Source of the DNA: Candidatus Aminicenantales bacterium
Lineage (GTDB): Bacteria > Acidobacteriota > Aminicenantia > Aminicenantales > UBA4085
Direction: 5' to 3'
Assembly: GCA_049515535.1 (NCBI GenBank)
Contig: JBEKTZ010000013.1
Location: 1 to 64,000 of the forward strand
DNA length: 64,000 nucleotides
Under the pieces are notes generated by a model, which was given only the letters and a program-made list of their open reading frames with translations, made no database searches and was not told where the DNA came from. The position numbers were made by a program, and so were the translations under genes. Shown here in pieces: positions 56,506 through 64,000 of this stretch. How positions within the stretch are numbered: position 1 is the stretch's first letter; every line of letters begins with the position of its first letter.

Positions 56506-57576
56506 TTATCGGTTTTTGACCATGGTCCTAAGGTTGGCCCAAAACGACCCGACAAAGGCGGACTTGACGATCCCCCAGAGAGAGCCGAGACCGTAGCTGA
56601 TGTGGAACGAGGCGAAGACGACCGGCATCAGGAACAGGAAGCGAGGCTGCTGTTCCCTCAGCGCGATTTTGACAGAAAAAAAGAGATCGGCGAGAACATA
56701 GGCCGCGGTGAGGAGGAGGGGTGCGATCGCCAGGGCCGGGACGAATACCGTCAGCAGCAGGGATCCCATCAAGCTCGTGACGAAGGCCAGGGGGATCAGA
56801 TGCCGCCAGGCCACGGGCAGGGTGGTCGTGTGTTGAAAAGGGAGGATGACCCACATCCCGTTTAAGAAATTATGCCGGACGAACGATTGCAGATCCGATC
56901 GGGCGGAATAATGGACGATGGCATCGGGGATGAGGAGTGTTTTATAGCCCTTCTTTTTCAAGCGGTAATTGAATTCCATATCTTCGCCGCGGAGCAGGCG
57001 CTCGTTGTACAGGCCGACTTCGTCGAAGACTTTTCTCTTCAGGCATCCGAAAGCCCCCGTATCGACCCACGTCGGCCGGCGGCAGAGGCCCGTTCGATAG
57101 GAAGCATTGCCGACGCCGAAGGGGTGGGACATAGCCAAAACAATCGCCCGCGCCGGCCATGTCGGCGTGCGGGGCTGGATCTTCATGACCCCGACGACGT
57201 TATCGGCGTTATACGCGATCGACGCTTCGACGCAGCGGCGAATGTAGTGCCGGTCGTAGGTGGCGTGGGCGCTCATGATCATGACCAGATCACCGCAGGA
57301 ATTCTGAATCCCGACATTATAAGCAAAGGGGATGAACTTGCGCAAATTGTCCACGCGCCGGATGTGAGCGTGGGCCCGGGCGTATCCATCGATGATCTCG
57401 CGCGTTCCATCGGTGCTCATCCCGTCTACGACCAGGACTTCCAGGCGCTCGCTCGGAAAATCCTGGCCGATGATCGATTCCAGGCAGGCTTCGATGAAAT
57501 CCCGTTCGTTGCGGCATAGGACGAGGGCAGAGACCTTCGGGAGGCCGGGGCGTTCGATGGACGGCTCGGTCATCAT
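56506..57576 (-). CDS. GT2 glycosyltransferase (ExoA-like)
   Basis: CRNERDFI, VVDGMSTDGT, GEDMEFNYRL, C-terminal TMs. Confidence 0.88.
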   Translation of the reverse strand: MMTEPSIERPGLPKVSALVLCRNERDFIEACLESIIGQDFPSERLEVLVVDGMSTDGTREIIDGYARAHAHIRRVDNLRKFIPFAYNVGIQNSCGDLVMIMSAHATYDRHYIRRCVEASIAYNADNVVGVMKIQPRTPTWPARAIVLAMSHPFGVGNASYRTGLCRRPTWVDTGAFGCLKRKVFDEVGLYNERLLRGEDMEFNYRLKKKGYKTLLIPDAIVHYSARSDLQSFVRHNFLNGMWVILPFQHTTTLPVAWRHLIPLAFVTSLMGSLLLTVFVPALAIAPLLLTAAYVLADLFFSVKIALREQQPRFLFLMPVVFASFHISYGLGSLWGIVKSAFVGSFWANLRTMVKNR

Positions 57577-57580
57577 CCGT

Positions 57581-58708
57581 TCAGACCCTTTTCTCTATAA
57601 GGAGATCCTGGTAGAGGTTCAACAATTTTTTGGCTTCATTGTCCCAGTTGTATTTCTCGAGAACGCTCTTTTTCCCGTTGATCCCCATCTCCAGCCGTAG
57701 GCCGGGATTCGACCGAAGATTGGAAAGCGCCGCAGCAATATCCCTGGGTTTCAGCGGATTGACAGTCATCCCGCAGCGGTTCCCTTCGACGATCTCTTTC
57801 CAGAGAGGAAAATCAGAACTCAAGACGGCGATCCCGGCGATCATGTACTCAAAAAGCTTGTTGGGCATGGCCTTCATATGATTTTCTTCGGGATGGTAGC
57901 AGACGAGGCCGACATCCGCTTGACCCATTTTCTGACGGGCCTCCATGGGATTCACCCAACCGACAAACTCGACCCGATCGGATACGACGAGACTGCGGAG
58001 GCTCTTCTCATAAGACGGCGGGCTGAATTCGCCGCAAAGGATTAACCGGACCGATTCCGGAGCTTCAAGATATTCCAGCGCTTTGACAATTTCAGTAATC
58101 CCCCGTTCGGGAGACAGCAAGCCGACATAGATCATGGTGAATCGTCCGTCGTCTTTCCGCGGGGGAAGGTCGGGAAAATTCAAGGCCGGATAATTCCGTA
58201 TGGCTACGCTTCTTCTATGGTTCTTGAAGTTGTTTGCGATGTCATCCGTGGCTGCAACGATGGCGTCGAAAAAGCGGGACCCCAGGCGTTCCATTATTCT
58301 CGTGCCCCACGCTATGGGTCTCCGGAGCGGCCACGGGATCCAGTCCTTGGACATGATGTCTTTGGCCAAATCCTCGTGAACGTCATAGATGACCCTCTTC
58401 CGGGTCAAAACCTTCAGCAGGATCCCGGCGGGGATGAGTTCGGGATCGTGAAAATGATAGATGTCGGCTTGTTCGCGGAGCGCCCGTTGAAAAACCTTCA
58501 GGCTCGAGAGAGCCATCCGCTGGAAACGATTTGTGGCTTTAGGCAGAGCCACGATCTTTACCCCCTCGCGGACTTCGTCGCGATCATTTTGAATGATGAG
58601 AGTCAGGGAGTAGCCGGCGCGGATCAAGGTCCGGCTTTCTTTGTAATAGATGCGAATGTCCTGGGAGGTATGGACGCTGCTGAGGAGGCAGGTTAGGGGC
58701 ATCGCCAT
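57581..58708 (-). CDS. GT4 glycosyltransferase
   Basis: DIRIYYKE, HFHDPEL, YDVHED, PNKLFEYM. Confidence 0.88.
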   Translation of the reverse strand: MAMPLTCLLSSVHTSQDIRIYYKESRTLIRAGYSLTLIIQNDRDEVREGVKIVALPKATNRFQRMALSSLKVFQRALREQADIYHFHDPELIPAGILLKVLTRKRVIYDVHEDLAKDIMSKDWIPWPLRRPIAWGTRIMERLGSRFFDAIVAATDDIANNFKNHRRSVAIRNYPALNFPDLPPRKDDGRFTMIYVGLLSPERGITEIVKALEYLEAPESVRLILCGEFSPPSYEKSLRSLVVSDRVEFVGWVNPMEARQKMGQADVGLVCYHPEENHMKAMPNKLFEYMIAGIAVLSSDFPLWKEIVEGNRCGMTVNPLKPRDIAAALSNLRSNPGLRLEMGINGKKSVLEKYNWDNEAKKLLNLYQDLLIEKRV

Positions 58709-58714
58709 GCTGTA

Positions 58715-60031
58715 TCACGAAGCCTGTGGCGGCGGAAGCCTTTTCGCCGCCGCGGATAAAAATCGGCTGGTGAGGTTCACCAGCCAAACCAGGATGAAGA
58801 CGAACACGACGCCGTTGGACAGGAGAACGACCGGCAGGCTCATGGAGTGCAGGAGCCAAAACGTGTAGGTTATAAAAACGAATAAGACCATCGTCAGGAT
58901 CGTTTTCCGGCGCCGGCAAAGATAAATCTGAATGCCCTGCATGATCAGGCCGGCAAGGATCCCCCCGGCGAGAACTCCCGGAATGCCGAAATCCGCGTTG
59001 AGATCGCCGATGAATCCCGCGTTCATGTTGATCGTTTCCACGAACTCCGGATGAGCATAGCGGCCGATGGTGTTAGGCGTGTCGAAATATTCTTGGCCTG
59101 TCAGCCAGGCGATTTTTCCCATCGAGCGTCCGTGAAGATAGTCATGCTGATAGGGAAAGTACTCGAAATAGTAGTAAATGTCCTCGGTGGGGTAATAGAA
59201 TAACCTTTGGCCGATGCTGAGCAATGCCCTGCCAGTCGTGACGCCTTGGCCGAATTGTAAGGATAAAATGACGACCACCGGCCAAACCAGGAGAAGGATG
59301 ACGGCCGTGACATAAAACTTTCTTTTGACCCGGCCTTTGAAAAACACATAAAACAAAAGGGACATAAGGAGGATGGCGGCCACGGGCATTTTCGCGGTGG
59401 AGAGGGCGGCGTAAAAAAGGCCGAACCCTAAAGAGACGAGAAAGAAAATCAGCCATTTCCTTTGGCGCGAAATAAGGAAATTGCCGAGGGCGAACAGAAC
59501 GAGAAAGGGGAAAACGAGGCCGCGGAAGACAAAATAGGCGTGAGAGAACGGGGAATTGAGGAGCTTAAAGGATTCTTCGCGAAGCTGGAGGAGCTCGGGA
59601 TAGCTTCCGGGATTGCGGATCATATAAAAGAGAGGGATGCTTTTCACCTCCCGAATGTACAGAATGATCAAACCGATGGCCGCGGCCAGGATCAGGGCAT
59701 AGACGAGGGCGAATGAGACGCCGGCTGTTGTGCCTTGAACGGGCTTATCCCAAAACTCCTTAATTTCATTCTTCCGGAAGTTCGTCATGATATTCATGGC
59801 GGCGACGCCCAGGGGCACGGTGAGCAGGACGCTCATGACCGAAAGAAAATAATGGGATTTGGCGGGATGGACGTGGTTGGCGAAGACAAAAAAGGAGGGG
59901 GCGAAAATCATGGTGACGTACGTCCACCAGAACACCATGGGAATCGTCCACCGCCTCAAGCTGAGGCCGGTCGCCGCCCGCATCAGCGGAACGGATATAC
60001 AAAAGGCGAAGCCGGCGAAGACGGTCAGCAT
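58715..60031 (-). CDS. wzy: Probable Wzy oligosaccharide polymerase
   Basis: About 10 TMs with a late periplasmic loop (HGRS...NADFG), adjacent to Wzx. Confidence 0.68.
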   Translation of the reverse strand: MLTVFAGFAFCISVPLMRAATGLSLRRWTIPMVFWWTYVTMIFAPSFFVFANHVHPAKSHYFLSVMSVLLTVPLGVAAMNIMTNFRKNEIKEFWDKPVQGTTAGVSFALVYALILAAAIGLIILYIREVKSIPLFYMIRNPGSYPELLQLREESFKLLNSPFSHAYFVFRGLVFPFLVLFALGNFLISRQRKWLIFFLVSLGFGLFYAALSTAKMPVAAILLMSLLFYVFFKGRVKRKFYVTAVILLLVWPVVVILSLQFGQGVTTGRALLSIGQRLFYYPTEDIYYYFEYFPYQHDYLHGRSMGKIAWLTGQEYFDTPNTIGRYAHPEFVETINMNAGFIGDLNADFGIPGVLAGGILAGLIMQGIQIYLCRRRKTILTMVLFVFITYTFWLLHSMSLPVVLLSNGVVFVFILVWLVNLTSRFLSAAAKRLPPPQAS

Positions 60032-60121
60032 GATATTGTCTTTAGCGGCAGCGAGGGTCGACTCGCGACCGGCCTGAGCTCCGTCCCGATGAATCCGGAG
60101 ACACTTCCGTTCTTTCGGGTC

Positions 60122-61372
60122 TTAGGAAAATGCGGCATCGTTTTTAAGGATTTTCCGAGTCTGACGGACCGTTAGGAAGCCGAGCACCCATAAAGCCAGG
60201 ACAAATCCGATCATGATCAGAACAGGATTTCTTGGCGAAACGACGGCCAAGAGAGCGAAAAGGCCGAAGACAAGAAGGGAGATGAAAATGTTCAAGGTAT
60301 TGATCGCTTTGACGTAATAAGCGTCGATGAGACTGCGCAATGAAACATAGACCGTGTAAGCCAGGCTGCCGATAACGATGATTCTCGTTGCGACGATAAG
60401 ATCATCGTAGCTTTTGCCGAGATATAAGGTGATGAACCGTTCTGCGAAGAGTTCGAAAACGAGCATTCCGGCTCCGGTTATAAAAACGGTCGCCGTCATG
60501 ATGCGGCGGACATAGTATCGGAGAAGGGGCGCGTTTCTTTCCGCGAGCATCTGACTGGCCTTGGGCAGAAGGATGAGGCCGATCGGGGCAAAGGCCGAGC
60601 CGGCCATGTTGAGAAGGGACACTCCGAAGGCGACCGCTCCGCCCTTCCGGACGCCGGCGAGATGGGTCGTGAAGATGGCCGGAAGGGACATCAGCGCGGC
60701 TAATCCGAAATCGCCTGGAACACGCTGGAGCCCATAGGCCAGGAGTTTTTTGGCCATGGCTGGGATCTCTCGCCGATGCCAGGAGAGGCTTTTCAGGATC
60801 GTTGCGAAGAACAGAGTGGAACAGATGATCCAAGCAACGCCGGTCATGGTCAAGAGGCCGCGAAAATCTTTAGCGACGAGAAGCGCGGGGAGGGGAAGAA
60901 CGGCCATGTTGAGAAACTGAAGGAGGTTGGCCTTTCCCATCTGCAGCCGACCCCGATAATGACTGTAGGCGACCGCGTTCAGGATCATGCCGGCGAGCAT
61001 CAGGTCCATCGGCAGAATGAGCGAGGCGTAGGCGGGATCTCCGAATAAGAGATAGGCGAAGAATTTTTTAAATATGACGAAGAGGATCCCGAACGTCAGG
61101 GTCGTAGGCAGAAGCACGGCCACAGCGGCGGCAAAAAAGGCATTCGCGGTCTCCGGACGCTCGGATTTCAGAGAAAAGGACATATAGCGGGGGATGCCGA
61201 CGCTGAGGCCGAGGAGGAGCGCGGGGAGAAGGAGAGAAAGGGCCCGTCGGATCAGAGCGTATTCGGAAAAATGGTCCTGTCCAAAGACTTGGGCGACGAG
61301 CCTAAAAACCGCGAGCCCGCTGACCAGGACGAGGAATTCGGTGATGAACGTCCGGAGAAAATCTTTTCTCAT
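60122..61372 (-). CDS. wzx: Wzx-type flippase
   Basis: About 12 TMs, FGQDHFSEYALIRR, LLPKAS. Confidence 0.78.
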   Translation of the reverse strand: MRKDFLRTFITEFLVLVSGLAVFRLVAQVFGQDHFSEYALIRRALSLLLPALLLGLSVGIPRYMSFSLKSERPETANAFFAAAVAVLLPTTLTFGILFVIFKKFFAYLLFGDPAYASLILPMDLMLAGMILNAVAYSHYRGRLQMGKANLLQFLNMAVLPLPALLVAKDFRGLLTMTGVAWIICSTLFFATILKSLSWHRREIPAMAKKLLAYGLQRVPGDFGLAALMSLPAIFTTHLAGVRKGGAVAFGVSLLNMAGSAFAPIGLILLPKASQMLAERNAPLLRYYVRRIMTATVFITGAGMLVFELFAERFITLYLGKSYDDLIVATRIIVIGSLAYTVYVSLRSLIDAYYVKAINTLNIFISLLVFGLFALLAVVSPRNPVLIMIGFVLALWVLGFLTVRQTRKILKNDAAFS

Positions 61373-61406
61373 TCCTTTCGGCCGCCGGCGGCCCTCGTGC
61401 CCATCA

Positions 61407-62510
61407 TCATGTGACGAAAAATTCCCTGATTTTATCGCAGACGAACCGGATTTCCTCTTCGCTCAGTTCGGCATACATCGGCAAGGACAAAATATCATCG
61501 GCCTGCATCTCGGAAATGGGCAGGGATGGCCTCGGCGAGAGAGAGGCATAGGCTTTCTGGAGATGGCACGGAACGGGGTAATGAATACCGGTGAAGATGT
61601 TGCTGTCCTGGAGAAACGCCTTCAAAGCCTCGCGCCGGTCGACGCGCACGACAAAAAGATGATAGACGTGCCGGGCGTCCGGCATTTCCTCGGGACAGAT
61701 CACTTGAGGTATGCCGACCAGATACTTGCGGTAGAGCGCGGCGTTTTTTCTGCGCATCTCCGTCCAGTGCGGAAGATATCTCAGCTTGACGTCCAGCACG
61801 GCCCCCTGGATTCCTTCCATCCGGTAATTATGACCGACGACGTCGTGATAATACTTTTGGGATGAGCCGTGATCTCGCAGGGCCATCATCTTCCGATAAA
61901 GCGTCTCGTCGTTGGTCAGGACGGCCCCGCCCTCCCCATAGGCCCCGAGGTTTTTCCCCGGATAAAAACTGAAGCACCCGGCGACGCCGAAAGTCCCTAC
62001 GGGCGTCCCGCGAAATTCCGTCAGATGGGCCTGGGCGCAGTCTTCGATCACGAGCAGGTTGTTCCGCTTCGCGATGGCCAGGATCTTGTCCATCTGGGCG
62101 GATTGGCCGTAGAGATGAACGGCGATAATGGCTTTGGTCTTCGATGTGATGGCGCGCTCCACCTGTCCGGGGTCGATATTGAAGTAGTCGGCTTCACAAT
62201 CGACGAAGACAGGGCTGGCCCCGCACAAACTCACCGCCTCGGCGGTGGCGAAGAAGGTATTGGTCGGGACGATGATCTCGTTCCCGGGCCCAAAGCCGAG
62301 GGCCCAGAGGGCGATATGCAGAGCAGCCGTTCCAGAATTCACGCCTACGGCATATGTAGCCCCGTGCGCTTGGGCGAAATGATCCTCAAAGGACTTAACA
62401 AAGGGGCCCGCGGAGAAGGCTGTCTTATCAAGGACTTCCTGGATGGCGTGGTTGATCTCGTCCTTGATTGTCAGGTATTGCGCTTTTAAATCGACAAAGT
62501 TGACTTTCAT
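61407..62510 (-). CDS. DegT-family aminotransferase (WbpE-like)
   Basis: MKVNFVDLKAQY start at 62510, IEDCAQAH, SFYPGKNLGAYGEGG. Confidence 0.92.
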   Translation of the reverse strand: MKVNFVDLKAQYLTIKDEINHAIQEVLDKTAFSAGPFVKSFEDHFAQAHGATYAVGVNSGTAALHIALWALGFGPGNEIIVPTNTFFATAEAVSLCGASPVFVDCEADYFNIDPGQVERAITSKTKAIIAVHLYGQSAQMDKILAIAKRNNLLVIEDCAQAHLTEFRGTPVGTFGVAGCFSFYPGKNLGAYGEGGAVLTNDETLYRKMMALRDHGSSQKYYHDVVGHNYRMEGIQGAVLDVKLRYLPHWTEMRRKNAALYRKYLVGIPQVICPEEMPDARHVYHLFVVRVDRREALKAFLQDSNIFTGIHYPVPCHLQKAYASLSPRPSLPISEMQADDILSLPMYAELSEEEIRFVCDKIREFFVT

Positions 62511-62518
62511 GATGAGTC

Positions 62519-62998
62519 TCACAAGGATCTTAATTTTTTGGCCGGATTTCCGGCCCAGACTTCGCGAGGCGGGATGTCCTTGGTCACGACGCTGCCGGCT
62601 CCGACGAGGGCCTCGTCGCCGATGCTGACCCCCCCTAAAATGGTCGCTCCGCTCCCGATCGAGACGTTCCGGCCGACCCGGGTTGTCACGAAGCGGTCGG
62701 CCCAATCTTTTTCGGTTTCCAGCCCGCCCTCGGCATTCACCGACCGGGGATAGTTGTCATTGATAAATACGACGCCGTGTCCGATGAAGCAGTTATCGCC
62801 GATCGTCACTCCTTCGCAGATGAACGTATGCGAGGAGATTTTGCAGTTTTTGCCGACGGTTGCGTTTTTTTGGATTTCGACAAAAGCTCCGATCTTGGTT
62901 TGGTCCCCGATCTCACACCCGTAGAGGTTGATGAATCGGGCGAGTTTTACGTGGGTCCCGAGCTTGACATCCGGGGCGATCGCTTGATAATCGTTCAT
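62519..62998 (-). CDS. Hexapeptide N-acyltransferase (WbpD-like)
   Basis: [37 protein letters not shown]. Confidence 0.9.
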   Translation of the reverse strand: MNDYQAIAPDVKLGTHVKLARFINLYGCEIGDQTKIGAFVEIQKNATVGKNCKISSHTFICEGVTIGDNCFIGHGVVFINDNYPRSVNAEGGLETEKDWADRFVTTRVGRNVSIGSGATILGGVSIGDEALVGAGSVVTKDIPPREVWAGNPAKKLRSL

Positions 62999-63999
62999 AA
63001 TTTCACCATTCTTCCGTTGTTTTTTATGGATAAGTCGGATGCTTCGAGGATCTTGACGACGCGCAAACCCGCCTCGCCGTCGTTGAGAGGGGTCTTGTTC
63101 TGAAGGATGCAGTCGACGAAGTAGTCGGCCTCGAGTTTCAACGCCTCCCGTTTATCCACTGTCGGCGTCCAGATGTCGCCGGACCGATAGCTGATCAAAA
63201 GGTCATAGATGCCTTCTTTGGTTTCGATGTTGACGCCTTTTTCGTAGACTTTCACCTTTTCGTCGGATTCCAGGTCGTTCCAGACGATCATCTTTTTTTC
63301 GCCGCCGATCAGCGTCATCCGGATCTTGACCGGAGACAACCAGTTCACGTTGAAGTGAGCGATCTTGTTGTCGTCAAAATAGACGGTGATATAGGCTATA
63401 TCCTCGAGCGATCGGCCGAAATGGCCGATGCCCGTCGCGACGATCGCCGCCGGCTTTCCCGGAATGAGATAATCCATGATCGAAAAGTCATGGGGCGCCA
63501 GGTCCCAGACCACGTTGACATCATGCTGAAAGAGCCCCAGGTTGACCCGGGTGGAGTCATAGTAATACAAGTTGCCCAGGAGGCCTTGATTGATCAATTC
63601 TTTGATCTTCCGGACGGCGCCGGTGAACAAAAAGGTGTGATCGACCATGATTTTAAGGTTTTTTTTCAGGGCCAGATCGATGAGGCGTTCGGCTTCGACC
63701 GTCGATGCGGTGAAGGGCTTTTCGACAAAAATGTGTTTGCCGTTCTCGAGGGCTGATTTGGCCAGTTCAAAATGGGTGTAAACGGGAGTGACGATGGCGA
63801 CGGCATCGATGTCGGGGGACGTCAAAATCTCCCGAGGATCTGCGACCACTCTCGTATTGGGGTACTGTTTGTGAGCTTTCAGAAGAGCCTGCGGATTCAT
63901 GTCGCAAATCGAAACGACTTGGACCCCTTCGGATAGGGTGAAATTCCTGACGACATTAGGACCCCAATATCCAAAGCCGATGACACCGAGATGAATCAT
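62995..63999 (-). CDS. Gfo/Idh/MocA oxidoreductase (WbpB-like)
   Basis: [18 protein letters not shown]. Confidence 0.9.
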   Translation of the reverse strand: MIHLGVIGFGYWGPNVVRNFTLSEGVQVVSICDMNPQALLKAHKQYPNTRVVADPREILTSPDIDAVAIVTPVYTHFELAKSALENGKHIFVEKPFTASTVEAERLIDLALKKNLKIMVDHTFLFTGAVRKIKELINQGLLGNLYYYDSTRVNLGLFQHDVNVVWDLAPHDFSIMDYLIPGKPAAIVATGIGHFGRSLEDIAYITVYFDDNKIAHFNVNWLSPVKIRMTLIGGEKKMIVWNDLESDEKVKVYEKGVNIETKEGIYDLLISYRSGDIWTPTVDKREALKLEADYFVDCILQNKTPLNDGEAGLRVVKILEASDLSIKNNGRMVKL

Positions 64000-64000
64000 G

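Noticed and set aside
62511..62705. N-terminal extension of the DegT ORF
   Set aside because: Overlaps the acyltransferase gene. The family-typical start is MKVNFVDL at 62510.

Overview
A 64-kb bacterial cell-surface locus. The protein repertoire is reminiscent of Candidatus Aminicenantes/Acidobacteriota-like diderms, but this assignment is tentative. Two large glycan-biosynthesis blocks converge. The plus-strand block (1-28.4 kb) follows the 3' end of a probable S-layer gene. It encodes a TMTC-like GT-C/TPR transferase, GT2/GT4s, two AsnB-type amidotransferases, DegT aminotransferases, methyltransferases, a radical SAM/SPASM enzyme, a GNAT/FemAB-like protein and Wzx. The minus-strand block (42.7-64 kb) encodes a WbpB/D/E-like trio, Wzx, Wzy, GTs, a YfhO-TPR-LamG fusion, a phosphoglycosyl transferase, a split transketolase, a PglF/CapD-like dehydratase and an O-antigen-ligase-like protein. 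At the junction (28.5-42.7 kb) sit three ~1300-aa signal-peptide proteins with unrelated N-termini (M6 metalloprotease, BNR/VPS10-like propeller, SBBP propeller). All three end in the same cassette: six FG-GAP/VCBS repeats plus a ~50-aa helical tail that resembles the winged-helix (HTH_33-like) domain of IS630 transposases. They are accompanied by a small outer-membrane beta-barrel gene, a Zn-ribbon microprotein, a ~2-kb direct duplication, traces of gene conversion, and a 68-bp hairpin element present once on the 5' side of each of the three genes. This junction is the best candidate for an undescribed system. No rRNA, tRNA, CRISPR array or intact transposase was seen. All family assignments come from motif recognition by eye, not database searches.
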